DNA from: Patescibacteria group bacterium
GTDB lineage: Bacteria > Patescibacteriota > Patescibacteriia > PEXW01
Reading direction: 5' to 3'
NCBI GenBank assembly: GCA_038065235.1
Contig: JBBTRK010000005.1
Location: 22,389-86,388, forward strand
Length of the DNA: 64,000 nucleotides
Positions 1 to 9,666 of this stretch are shown here, piece by piece. The number at the start of each line of letters is the position of its first letter. Within the stretch, counting starts at the first letter, position 1. The notes under the pieces were generated by a model. That model made no database searches, was not told where the DNA came from, and worked only from the letters and a program-made list of their open reading frames with translations. The translations under genes were made by a program, and so were the position numbers.

Positions 1-2
1 AG

Positions 3-3000
3 GCAAGTTCAGAGACCCAAAGCATTTTTGATCAGGTGCTCAAGAACCTCAAGTTCAACGAAATTATACCCACCCCTCTGCCCTTGCCGCTGCTCACCAA
101 CCTGCGCGCCGACCTAAAGCGCATTCACGCCATGCAGGAGCTGGTCTTCGGCCTGGCGGACTACTATCAAGTGAAAAAAGCAAATCCTACGTTGGACACC
201 GGATCGTACATTAAGAATATGTCGTTCTCCGCCTGGCCATCTTGGCAGTCTTTGGGCAGTACGCTGGGCATTACCATGCCGCAAGATCCCGAAGTGCTGT
301 GGAAACCATCGTCAACCCTCTGCGGCACTGGGTTTGACCAGGGGTCGTGCTGGAATCAGGTGAGCAAAGTTATGCAGTTCCCCAGCGACAGCGCTGACCC
401 GCCCGAGTCGCACGGATTCGCCTATAAGTACGTCCCCGGCAACCCGCCGCTCGTCCCACCCAGCGTGCAGCTGTACGGCACAGGCAGTGCGAACATCCAA
501 AATCATGACACGACTCTCATTAGCTTCCCCAGTCCGGCGACAAGTATCTGTCCTACTACTTTGCCTCCTGCACCTGTGAATTCTTGCTTGGGCTTCAACT
601 TTGGCGTCAACGCGTCGAACTTTGGTCAGATGAGCGACTGGCGGTTGCCCAGTGCCGCAGACACGACGGCTCCAACGCCTGTAACCATCGATTCGCCCGT
701 GAATAATGACACAGTGTCTGGGGCAGTGCCATTCGTCATAACCGCCAGTGACGAAACCGGTGGCAGCGGCATGCAGCGGGTTGACGTGCAGATAAAGCGC
801 GGTACTACTATCGTGGCCTCAACCTCCATTGGCGCACCAGACAAAGATGGCAAGTACCGCTGGACCTGGAGTTCGCGCCTAGCGCTCAACAGTCCGCCCG
901 ATTACGACGTCACCGTCACCGCCTTTGACAAGGCCGGCAACAGCCAGGCTGCTCCAAATTTGCAGCTGACGCTCACCAACCCCCCTGCCGACAGCGAACC
1001 GCCAATAATTACCGCTTCGGCGCCGTCAACCACCTGGAATGGCAGCGCCAGCATTGTGGTTTCCGCTACAGCCACAGACGTCCACCCCACAGCCACGAAC
1101 AACACCAAAGTTGTGAAAATAGAGTTCTACCTTGGGAGTTCGAAGCTTGGGCAAGCACCAGACCCAATGTGTGCAGCCAATTGCCCCGATAGCTACACAG
1201 CAAACGTCACCATACCGGCCACAACCATTCGAGGATTTCCGAACGGGTCGTACACCTACTCAGTGGTGGCCTATGACGGCTTTGGTAATACGAGCATTAA
1301 GAACTATCCGGTTACTATCGACAAAACTAGCCCCGATTCCACCCCACCGCAGATACTTATTACGTTGCCAACGGGAACAGTGAGCGGGGCAAATACCGAT
1401 GTCGTTGCAACCGCAACTGATGCCAGCGGCATTGACCGCGTAGAGTTCTTAATTGATGGGATTCCCAAAACAGTAGACTTCAGCGGGCCGTACAGTTTTT
1501 CTTGGCTACTCAATGGTTACGCAGAAGGTCCACATACTATTACCGCCGTGGCGTACGATCGGTATGGCAACCAGGCCACTGCCACGCAGACCGTCACCTA
1601 TATGGTCGTCACCGGGCCAGATACGCAACGGCCGACCATTACTGATGTTACGGCCACGCTCGATACGAACGTTAGCATTCCGCTGGAAGGAGCTCAGTTA
1701 AGTAACAGAGTCACACTCAATGCCACACTCACCGACAACGTCGCCATACATAGAGCTGAGCTGCGTATTGATGGGGTGAAAATCCCGCTCATTGGTGGCG
1801 CGTACTACTGCGACACGCCCCAAAATTGTATCTTGGCGTACAGCTGGGATACGTTGCCCGAAACTGTGGGTCAACACACGGTAAGTATTACGGCATACGA
1901 TACCGCAGGATACGTCGTGACGGTGACGCAGATAGTGAACGTCGTCAACCAGGTAATTATGACCATCAGTTCGCCGCAGTCGGGCACGACGGTGAAAGAT
2001 TTACCTGCCGGTAGCACCTGTTCGAATAATCCGACGAAAACCTGTACGACCAATAGAGACTGTCCATTGGTTAAAGTTGGTTCGTGTGAATTGACCGGTA
2101 TAAAGTGCTATAATGACCCAATATGTGCTGGTGCTAATCCTGGAGACTTTTGTAACCGCCCGCTCGGCTCATGCAACGCCACGCCGGCGGGTATCCCGGT
2201 GGTCATTGACGTGACGCGGACGTGTAGTACAGATCTGACTCTCTCGAGCGTTCAGTTCTTCCTCGACAGCAGCCCCACCCCATTACCCGGCTCGGCAACT
2301 TGCACGTCTGGACGTTGCACCTACACTTGGAATTCCAAGACTACGACTTCAAATGGCTCGCATGTGTTAACCGCAATTGGGCAAGCAACACCTGCTAGCT
2401 GTAGAGGTGGGGCGAAGTCAACCATCGTGGTAAACAATGACGTCGTTGACACAACTCCGCCGGTGATAGACAGTTTCCAGTTCGGCGCCCAGACGTGGGG
2501 CTCTGCTCTGCCTAGGATTATTAACCGTGCAGGGAATATTACCGTAATAGCTAGTGACCCCGCGGGTGGCAGCGGCCTAGCGCAAATCACCATTGCCATA
2601 AACGGCACAACAGTGACAACCTGCAATACTGCGCCTATTGGCACTTGTCAGTACTTCTGGAGCCCTACTGACGGTGCGAACAACACGGTCACCATAGGCG
2701 TAACCGACGTCGCGGGGAACAGTGCGCCGGGCCAGAGCCAGATGGTGAACGTGGATACGACGCCACCAGATACTTCGACCTGGCAGTCACCTGCCACTAG
2801 TAGTATCGTCACGTCGCCGCCAGACGTCACTATGCAGGTCGCGGCGAGCGATCCTCAGATCAACGGGTACGCCTCGGGCATAGCTTCGGTGATTTTCTAC
2901 TATGTCGACACTGATGGTCTTATGTTCCCCCCCGATAGTACTGGATCGGGCGGAGTCTACTCATGGGTTGGGCAACCACCGGTTGGCACCGCAGAGTACT

Positions 3001-3488
3001 TTGCCGAAGTGAGAGACAACGCTGGAAATGTATTCACGACTACGCCGGTAGTAAGTATCACCGTTGTTGCACCCGATACTCGGGCACCGTGGGTGAATAT
3101 CACAATTCCTGACGGTGATGGTTATTACGTTAGCGGGATTTTCAACCCTCAAGCGTCCGCGGGCGATTGGGGTGGCACCGGTATCCGTGACGTGCAACTC
3201 TATCTGGATGGTGCCCCGCTCGGGGGTCCAGATGCGACGTCGCCGTACAACGCCAGTAGTGTTAACACCGCAGCAATGGCGGATTTGAGTTCTCACTCCT
3301 TGTACGCTGTGGCGTGTGATAGGGCAACCCCAACGAACCTGTGCACCACGTCAGCGACCCGTACGTTTCTGGTGAATAATGGCCCGGGGAGTAACTGTGG
3401 CCCACTCATTTGCAGCGGCGCCACGCCAGATTGTTGCGGTGGACCGCCCTTCTCGTGCATTACCCCTACCAGTCTTTGTTCAATATAG
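3..3488 (+). CDS. Large surface/secreted protein with multiple bacterial Ig-like (Big_7-type) repeats and Cys-rich modules; 5'-truncated by the window
   Basis: Frame is open from base 3. Repeated 'DTTPP..I..P..G..VSG....A.A.D..GI..V.F..DG...D...PY...W...G.HT....AYD.AGN' units; Cys-rich segments in the middle and at the C-terminus. Confidence 0.85.
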   Translation, partial: ASSETQSIFDQVLKNLKFNEIIPTPLPLPLLTNLRADLKRIHAMQELVFGLADYYQVKKANPTLDTGSYIKNMSFSAWPSWQSLGSTLGITMPQDPEVLWKPSSTLCGTGFDQGSCWNQVSKVMQFPSDSADPPESHGFAYKYVPGNPPLVPPSVQLYGTGSANIQNHDTTLISFPSPATSICPTTLPPAPVNSCLGFNFGVNASNFGQMSDWRLPSAADTTAPTPVTIDSPVNNDTVSGAVPFVITASDETGGSGMQRVDVQIKRGTTIVASTSIGAPDKDGKYRWTWSSRLALNSPPDYDVTVTAFDKAGNSQAAPNLQLTLTNPPADSEPPIITASAPSTTWNGSASIVVSATATDVHPTATNNTKVVKIEFYLGSSKLGQAPDPMCAANCPDSYTANVTIPATTIRGFPNGSYTYSVVAYDGFGNTSIKNYPVTIDKTSPDSTPPQILITLPTGTVSGANTDVVATATDASGIDRVEFLIDGIPKTVDFSGPYSFSWLLNGYAEGPHTITAVAYDRYGNQATATQTVTYMVVTGPDTQRPTITDVTATLDTNVSIPLEGAQLSNRVTLNATLTDNVAIHRAELRIDGVKIPLIGGAYYCDTPQNCILAYSWDTLPETVGQHTVSITAYDTAGYVVTVTQIVNVVNQVIMTISSPQSGTTVKDLPAGSTCSNNPTKTCTTNRDCPLVKVGSCELTGIKCYNDPICAGANPGDFCNRPLGSCNATPAGIPVVIDVTRTCSTDLTLSSVQFFLDSSPTPLPGSATCTSGRCTYTWNSKTTTSNGSHVLTAIGQATPASCRGGAKSTIVVNNDVVDTTPPVIDSFQFGAQTWGSALPRIINRAGNITVIASDPAGGSGLAQITIAINGTTVTTCNTAPIGTCQYFWSPTDGANNTVTIGVTDVAGNSAPGQSQMVNVDTTPPDTSTWQSPATSSIVTSPPDVTMQVAASDPQINGYASGIASVIFYYVDTDGLMFPPDSTGSGGVYSWVGQPPVGTAEYFAEVRDNAGNVFTTTPVVSITVVAPDTRAPWVNITIPDGDGYYVSGIFNPQASAGDWGGTGIRDVQLYLDGAPLGGPDATSPYNASSVNTAAMADLSSHSLYAVACDRATPTNLCTTSATRTFLVNNGPGSNCGPLICSGATPDCCGGPPFSCITPTSLCSI

Positions 3489-3516
3489 GTGACGGTGGTG
3501 GGTAACAATATTCAAT

Positions 3517-4143
3517 ATGCCAGATCAACCAAAAGATATTTTCCAAGAGGTCGAGCCCGCAGCAGATGCGCAACCGGTTCGCCGTGCAGTTCCGGCAGCC
3601 CCGGTTATCCCGTCGGTTGTACCAACCCCAGAAATTCGGGGTGTACAACCTGCCCGCTATGACTCGCAGCGCGTGGCAGGCGGGCCGCGACGTTCACGCA
3701 TGCCTTTTCTGGTCGGTGGGGCAGTCGTGCTGCTCATCGGCATTGTGGCAGTTGTGGTACTGGTGCGCCGACAAACCCCAGCACCTGTGGTCCAGAGTAA
3801 TGTGCAAAATAGCAATACAACAACGAATGCCGCAGCAGCCACGACGAACACCCAACCTGCGCCGGTAGTGGTTCAGCCAGAGGTTGTTGCGAACGATGCG
3901 GACCGCGATGGCCTGACCACCGATGAGGAGCAGAAGCTAGGAACCAAGGATACGCTGGCAGATACCGATGGTGACGGCTTGAGTGACTGGGACGAGGTGA
4001 AAGTGTACAAGACCAACCCGCTGAAGCCGGATACGGATGGCGATGGGAACGCCGATGGCGCTGAAGTAAAAAAAGGGTATAATCCAAATGGTTCTGGCCT
4101 GCTCCTAGATTTTGAGGCCGCCAAGCAGAAGCTCACCAAGTAA
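3517..4143 (+). CDS. Single-pass membrane protein with DxDxDG (TSP3-like) calcium-binding repeats
   Basis: TM helix, Asn/Thr-rich linker, then DADRDGL..DTDGDGL.D.DE..TNP...DTDGDG..DG.EV..GYNP. Confidence 0.85.
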   Translation: MPDQPKDIFQEVEPAADAQPVRRAVPAAPVIPSVVPTPEIRGVQPARYDSQRVAGGPRRSRMPFLVGGAVVLLIGIVAVVVLVRRQTPAPVVQSNVQNSNTTTNAAAATTNTQPAPVVVQPEVVANDADRDGLTTDEEQKLGTKDTLADTDGDGLSDWDEVKVYKTNPLKPDTDGDGNADGAEVKKGYNPNGSGLLLDFEAAKQKLTK

Positions 4144-4171
4144 TTTTTCTTCTCCTTCACGCCACACGCGT

Positions 4172-5341
4172 ATGTTCGAATCTGTTACCCCCTCGGGAGC
4201 GAATACCCCAGCAACCCAAGTTCCGGCCCCACCTACCACGCCACTAGAAATACACAGCATGCCTGAGCGCTTCCTGGGGAGTAAATCCCCGTTAGGCAAA
4301 GCGCCGGTGCCAGGCGGAAAGGGGAGTAGCAAGAAGCTCATTATTGCTATTGGCATTATCGTCGTGGTTGCGCTTGGTGCCGCCGCCGCGCTTATGTTTA
4401 CCGGCGTGCTGAATAAAAACGCCGCGAATACGAATAACGCTAATTTGGTGACGAACGCACCGGCAACCAACACGAATAAGAATGTAAACCTGAACGGGAA
4501 TAAGAATACCAACGGGAATAGCAATGCCAACGTTAATGCCAATTCGAATGCTAATGCAAATGGAAACACGAACGTTAACGTGAATGCAAATAGTAACGCC
4601 AATACGAATGCGAATCAAAACGTGAATAGCAACCCAACAGCAGCCTCCAGCGCCGACGCCGACAAAGACGGCCTCACCGATGCAGAGGAGACATTATTCA
4701 CCACTAACCCAAGTGTCGCAGATACCGATGGTGATGGTTTCACCGATAGCAGCGAAGTGAAGTTTGGGTACAATCCTAAAGGCAGCGGGAGACTCGTGGC
4801 CAGTAATCTCATTTCCACATTCACGAACTCGCTCTATGGGGCAAGCGTGTTGTACCCCAAAGGCTGGTTAAGCGTAGCTCGCAGCAGCACCGAGCAGCTT
4901 ATCTCTAACCCAACCGGTGATGAAACTGTAACGGTTGCGGTGGAAGACAACCTCGCCCGGCTCACGGCGAAGCAGTGGTACATTACCAAAGCGCCGAGTG
5001 CAGACATCGCGTCACTGGTGGATGCGGCGGCGTGGGATGGGAAGAGCACAGGGGTCATTAGTCCAGATGGTTTGGCTTACTACTTTGCCAACGGCAATCA
5101 GGTGTTCGTCATCTCCCTTAGCTATGGTTTGAAGCCAACAGTGGATTCCCGAACAACCTTCGAGATGATTGCACGTAGTCTTGTGGTGGATTCGACAAAA
5201 GTGAACGTCAACGTGAATACGAATACGGCAAACCTAAATTTCAATGTGAACACCACGTTGAATACTAATTCTAATGCAAACACAAATCTTAATAGCAACC
5301 TAAACACCAACAGCGCGACGAATCTCAACGTGACTCCGTAA
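4172..5341 (+). CDS. Single-pass membrane protein with Asn-rich stalk and DxDxDG (TSP3-like) repeats
   Basis: ATG 4172 is in frame with the track ORF. TM helix, long NxNxNx tract, DADKDGL..DTDGDGFTD..EV..GYNP, second Asn-rich tail. Confidence 0.85.
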   Translation: MFESVTPSGANTPATQVPAPPTTPLEIHSMPERFLGSKSPLGKAPVPGGKGSSKKLIIAIGIIVVVALGAAAALMFTGVLNKNAANTNNANLVTNAPATNTNKNVNLNGNKNTNGNSNANVNANSNANANGNTNVNVNANSNANTNANQNVNSNPTAASSADADKDGLTDAEETLFTTNPSVADTDGDGFTDSSEVKFGYNPKGSGRLVASNLISTFTNSLYGASVLYPKGWLSVARSSTEQLISNPTGDETVTVAVEDNLARLTAKQWYITKAPSADIASLVDAAAWDGKSTGVISPDGLAYYFANGNQVFVISLSYGLKPTVDSRTTFEMIARSLVVDSTKVNVNVNTNTANLNFNVNTTLNTNSNANTNLNSNLNTNSATNLNVTP

Positions 5342-5344
5342 GGC

Positions 5345-5749
5345 ATGGAGTTTCGGGTAATAAACGAAACTGGGCGGCGTCTGCCGGCTGTCCAGTGGGC
5401 GCTGCTCTTCGAGCGCGTCCAACGGGGCGAGCGCGCCGCTGTGGCGACGAGTGTTGCACTAATCCTCACATCGCCGTCGCGAATTTCTGTGCTGAACCGG
5501 CAGTACCACCACGGCAGTGGACCCACTGACGTTTTAGCCTTTCCTGCACCCCAGCATCGGCAACACGATGGTAGCGGGGATATCGTCATCTGTCCGTTCA
5601 TCCTGCGGAAGCGTTACCCTCAAGCATCCCAGCCTGCCTTGCTCCAGCATCGTTTCGTCCACGCCCTCTTGCACCTACACGGCTACCAGCATGCCACCGA
5701 TCGAGCTGCAGCCAGCATGGAAGCACGCACGCTAAAGTACCTAGCATAA
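5345..5749 (+). CDS. ybeY: rRNA maturation endoribonuclease YbeY
   Basis: LNRQY...PTDVLAF...GDIVIC...HALLHLHGYQH motif. Confidence 0.93.
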   Translation: MEFRVINETGRRLPAVQWALLFERVQRGERAAVATSVALILTSPSRISVLNRQYHHGSGPTDVLAFPAPQHRQHDGSGDIVICPFILRKRYPQASQPALLQHRFVHALLHLHGYQHATDRAAASMEARTLKYLA

Positions 5750-5760
5750 TCCACGCACCA

Positions 5761-6135
5761 ATGGTCGTTATTACCCCCCAGAGCCTTCGCAATAGCTTCC
5801 GCTACGCCCTCCGTGGGTTGCGGCACACATTCCGCACCCAGCAGAGCTTCCGCATTCAGGTCTTTGCGGCTGCGGTCGTCATCGTCGCCATGCTGCTGCT
5901 GCAGGTTAGCACCCGAGATACCGTCGTTCTCATTGTCATGGTGGCGGCAGTTCTGGTCCTGGAACTCATAAATACCGTCGTGGAACATCTAACCGATTTG
6001 GTAAGTGCCCGGCTTTCACCCGTCGCCCAAGCCGTGAAAGATGCTATGGCTGCCGCGGTTTTCGTCGCCTCACTCATTGCCCTGGTGGTTGGTTTACTCA
6101 TCTTCTGGCCCTACCTCGCATCGGCCGCCTTGTAA
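5761..6135 (+). CDS. dgkA: Diacylglycerol/undecaprenol kinase family protein
   Basis: SFRYALRGL...LELINTVVE...KDAMAAAV, three TM helices; follows ybeY as usual. Confidence 0.92.
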   Translation: MVVITPQSLRNSFRYALRGLRHTFRTQQSFRIQVFAAAVVIVAMLLLQVSTRDTVVLIVMVAAVLVLELINTVVEHLTDLVSARLSPVAQAVKDAMAAAVFVASLIALVVGLLIFWPYLASAAL

Positions 6136-6176
6136 TTGTCCTGAAGGCCATTTTTCTGTATACTTAAAGCCTATTT

Positions 6177-7415
6177 ATGTCACGTGAAGCTCCACTCGTA
6201 GGCCTTGATCTTGGTTCGACGACCGTCCGCGTCGTTGTTGCGACCCCGACCGAAGGTGGTTCGGAACTTCAGATTCTCGGCGTCGGGGAGCACAGTGCAG
6301 ACGGCATTAGTAAGGGCGCAATCACGAGCATCGAAGATGCAATCTCGTCAATTTCTGGCGCACTGGAGCAAGCCGAGCGCATGACCGGCATCCCCGTGAC
6401 ACATGCGTACGTCGGTATCAACGGCACCCACATTTCGTCGCAAGAAGTGCACGGCGTCGTTGCCGTAGCCAAGGCTGATGGCGAGATACGCGAAGAAGAC
6501 GTCGAACGCGTCATCGAAGCCTCCCAGACAATGGTGAGCCCATCAAATGTGGAAATCCTTCACGTTATCCCGCGTACCTTCACCGTTGATAACCAGAAAG
6601 GTGTCAAAGACCCCATCGGCATGTCCGGTATCCGGCTAGAAGTTGACGCGCAGGTCATTCAGGGGCTCACCGCCCAGGTGAAGAACCTCACGAAGTGCGT
6701 GTACCGCACCGGGGTGGAAATTGACGAGTTGGTTCTGGGCGTCCTGGCTGCTTCGGAAGCCGTCCTCACCAAGCGTCAGAAAGAAATTGGCGTTGCCCTG
6801 TTAAATATCGGTGCTTCCACGTCTAGTCTCATGGTGTTCGAAGAGGGCGATGTATTGCATGCTGGTATTATTCCGGTTGGGGCTGGACATATCACGAACG
6901 ATATTGCCATAGGCCTGCGAACCTCTATTGATGTTGCGGAGCGGGTAAAGATAGAATTTGGTACAGCCATGCCAGAAGAGGTTGGTAAGCGCGATGAAAT
7001 AAACCTTGCGGACATAGATCCCAAGGAATCGGGTGTCGTCTCGCGCAAACACGTCGCCGAGATTATTGAAGCTCGGGTCGCCGAAATCTTCAGCATGGTC
7101 GATAAAGAACTTCAGAAAGTCGATCGGTCTGGATTGTTGCCGGCTGGGATCGTGCTCATCGGCGGAGGCGCTAAGCTCTCTGGCATCATCGAAGTGGCTA
7201 AGCGTGAGTTCCGCTTGCCGGCCGCCGTTGGGAACCCACTCAACCTCATTACCGCAATCGACAAAGTGCACGAACCCGAGTACGCTACGGCAGTCGGCCT
7301 CGCTGCGTGGGGCGCCGCCCTTCAGCATGGCGGGGGCACACGCACATCGAAGTTTTCGACGGTGAACGTTGTTCTTGGTAAGCTACGTGGGTGGGTGAAG
7401 AACATTACTTCCTAA
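6177..7415 (+). CDS. ftsA: Cell division protein FtsA
   Basis: [37 protein letters not shown]; directly upstream of ftsZ. Confidence 0.97.
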   Translation: MSREAPLVGLDLGSTTVRVVVATPTEGGSELQILGVGEHSADGISKGAITSIEDAISSISGALEQAERMTGIPVTHAYVGINGTHISSQEVHGVVAVAKADGEIREEDVERVIEASQTMVSPSNVEILHVIPRTFTVDNQKGVKDPIGMSGIRLEVDAQVIQGLTAQVKNLTKCVYRTGVEIDELVLGVLAASEAVLTKRQKEIGVALLNIGASTSSLMVFEEGDVLHAGIIPVGAGHITNDIAIGLRTSIDVAERVKIEFGTAMPEEVGKRDEINLADIDPKESGVVSRKHVAEIIEARVAEIFSMVDKELQKVDRSGLLPAGIVLIGGGAKLSGIIEVAKREFRLPAAVGNPLNLITAIDKVHEPEYATAVGLAAWGAALQHGGGTRTSKFSTVNVVLGKLRGWVKNITS

Positions 7416-7422
7416 TATCGTC

Positions 7423-8625
7423 ATGGCCCGAAGCACTATGGAAATAAAGCCAGATATCGAAACCTTTGCGAAGATCAAAGTCGTCGGCGTGGGCGGTTCT
7501 GGTGGCTCGGCTGTAGACCGCATGATCACCTCGAAAATTCGCGGGGTGGAGTTTATTGTAATCAACACCGACGCACAGGCGCTGCACCACTCCAAAGCCC
7601 CGACCAAGATTCACATTGGCAAAACCGTCACACGTGGGCTTGGTGCGGGTATGGATCCCGAGCTTGGACGGAAAGCTGCGGAAGAGAGCCAGGATGAAAT
7701 TCATGAAGCATTGAAAGGCGCAGACATGGTCTTCATTACCTGTGGCCTCGGTGGCGGTACGGGTACGGGTGCGGCGCCAGTCGTTGCGGAAATCGCCAAA
7801 GACGTGGGTGCACTCACGGTAGCTGTCGTCACTAAGCCGTTCGCTTTCGAAGGTGCCCAGCGAAAGGGGATTGCCGACGGGGGTCTGGGCGACCTCGGCG
7901 ATCGCGTCGATACACTCATCACTATCCCGAATGACCGGTTGCTGCAGATCATCGACAAGAAGACTAGTCTCTTGGACGCGTTCGGCACGGTCGATGAGGT
8001 GCTTCGCCAAGGGGTGCAGGGGATTAGCGAACTCATCACTATTCCCGGGCTCATCAACGTCGATTTCGCGGACGTGAAATCCATCATGGCCGATGCCGGC
8101 TCCGCGCTCATGGGTATTGGCAAGGCGACCGGGGATAACCGTGCCGTGGATGCCGCCAAGGCCGCTATCGACAGCCCTCTCTTGGAACTCTCTATTGATG
8201 GCGCCAAGGGCATTCTTTTCACGGTGACGGGTGGTCCAGACCTTGGGATGTATGAGGTAAATGAAGCCGCTAGGGTTATTACTGCCTCGGTTGATCCAAA
8301 TGCCAAGGTTATTTTCGGCACGGTCATTGATGAGACTTTGAAAGGTGAGGTTCGCATTACCGTAATTGCCACTGGGTTTGGTAAAGGTCCACTGGCAACC
8401 CCTCGACCCCTGCCGAAGAAGATCACCCCCACCGGCTTCGATACCTATGAACCCGTGAAGGAGCCCGAAAGACGTCCCCAGCCCCGGCCAATCGCGTCAC
8501 AGCGCCCAGCCGCACCAGTGATGCCGCCAGCACGCCCAGCCGCAGCAGAGCCAAAACCGGTGATGCCGAAGAAGCCAGAAGATGACCTGGAAATTCCCGC
8601 CTTCATCCGGCGGAAGATGATGTGA
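7423..8625 (+). CDS. ftsZ: Cell division protein FtsZ
   Basis: GLGGGTGTG tubulin signature, INVDFADV, C-terminal LEIPAFIR. Confidence 0.99.
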   Translation: MARSTMEIKPDIETFAKIKVVGVGGSGGSAVDRMITSKIRGVEFIVINTDAQALHHSKAPTKIHIGKTVTRGLGAGMDPELGRKAAEESQDEIHEALKGADMVFITCGLGGGTGTGAAPVVAEIAKDVGALTVAVVTKPFAFEGAQRKGIADGGLGDLGDRVDTLITIPNDRLLQIIDKKTSLLDAFGTVDEVLRQGVQGISELITIPGLINVDFADVKSIMADAGSALMGIGKATGDNRAVDAAKAAIDSPLLELSIDGAKGILFTVTGGPDLGMYEVNEAARVITASVDPNAKVIFGTVIDETLKGEVRITVIATGFGKGPLATPRPLPKKITPTGFDTYEPVKEPERRPQPRPIASQRPAAPVMPPARPAAAEPKPVMPKKPEDDLEIPAFIRRKMM

Positions 8626-8732
8626 GAAGATCTCCACAGGTTTTTTTGGTGTCGGGATTGCGTTCCTAAAGCGACACCGGGATACCCCAGTAATCATGCG
8701 GCTCAACACGAGGCGCCGTTTTTAGGTTTAGG

Positions 8733-8760
8733 TTGACAACACTACATGTAGTGGTATACT
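8733..8760 (+). promoter_or_regulatory. Sigma70 promoter of the nrdR-nrdJ operon
   Basis: TTGACA (8733-8738), 16-bp spacer, TATACT (8755-8760). Confidence 0.85.
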
Positions 8761-8787
8761 ACCCTCTAGTAACACTACATCTAGTAT
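8739..8787 (+). promoter_or_regulatory. Two tandem NrdR boxes
   Basis: ACACTACATGTAGTGG (8739-8754) and ACACTACATCTAGTAT (8772-8787) match acaCwAtATaTwGtgt, 33 bp apart, upstream of nrdR-nrdJ. Confidence 0.9.
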
Positions 8788-9090
8788 TGACTAGGGCGTT
8801 GAGCCTTAGCCTCCGCCAGAGGCGGAGGGGAGCGTGACCGCTTGTCACACGCCTCTTTCACAAAAGCAACACCACGTTTTGCTGTTCGCCTGCATTCGTA
8901 AGGTGTCCAGCCCGCCCGCCTCCGCCTAGTGCTCGGCATTGGCGGGCAGGCCCGCCGTTGCCTCCCGCACCAGTCCTGTCGCCCCCTAGGCGAGAGGTCA
9001 ACATCGTTGTACGATGGTGACCCCGCCCGCCACGCGTTGCCGCGAGGCATTGCGGGCAGGCTCAGCGGCTGCTGCTTTCTCGTCCACGCT

Positions 9091-9627
9091 ATGAAGTGCC
9101 CTGCCTGCCACAAACTTGATACTCGGGTCATGGATTCCCGGCTCATTGAGGATGGAATGGCAATTCGCCGACGCCGCGAGTGTGCCCGCTGTGATTTTCG
9201 CTTCTCGACCATCGAAGAGACGGAAATTCTGAACCTCACGGTCATCAAGCGGGATGGTCGGCACGAGCCATATAGTAGGGAGAAGATGGAGACAGGCCTC
9301 CGCCGCTCATTCCAGAAATTACCGATCACGCAGGATGAATTGAAACGTCTGGTTAACCACATTGAGCGGGATATCCAGATCACTGGTCGACAAGAGATAA
9401 AGAGCGCTGACATTGGGGACATCCTAATGAAGCACCTGAAGCGGGCGAATCACGTTGCGTACATTCGCTTCGCCTCGGTGTACCGGTCATTTAAAGACGT
9501 TGAGACCTTCCAGCGTGAACTCCACAGCCTGCTGAAGCCCGCCCGGCACCGGCCCGACACGCTGCGCGAGTCGAAGCGGGCGGGACGCCGTCTGGCGGAC
9601 GAGCCCGCCCGTCGAGCTAAGCGCTAA
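9091..9627 (+). CDS. nrdR: Transcriptional repressor NrdR
   Basis: MKCPAC..DTRVMDSR...IRRRRECARC..RFSTIE, ATP-cone, VAYIRFASVYR. Confidence 0.97.
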   Translation: MKCPACHKLDTRVMDSRLIEDGMAIRRRRECARCDFRFSTIEETEILNLTVIKRDGRHEPYSREKMETGLRRSFQKLPITQDELKRLVNHIERDIQITGRQEIKSADIGDILMKHLKRANHVAYIRFASVYRSFKDVETFQRELHSLLKPARHRPDTLRESKRAGRRLADEPARRAKR

Positions 9628-9666
9628 ATTAATAAATTACCCTTCGCTCTTAAAGACTCTGCGACC

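Noticed and set aside
8929-9090. N-terminal extension of NrdR in the ORF track
   Set aside because: The region consists of palindromic repeats; the canonical MKCP start is at 9091.
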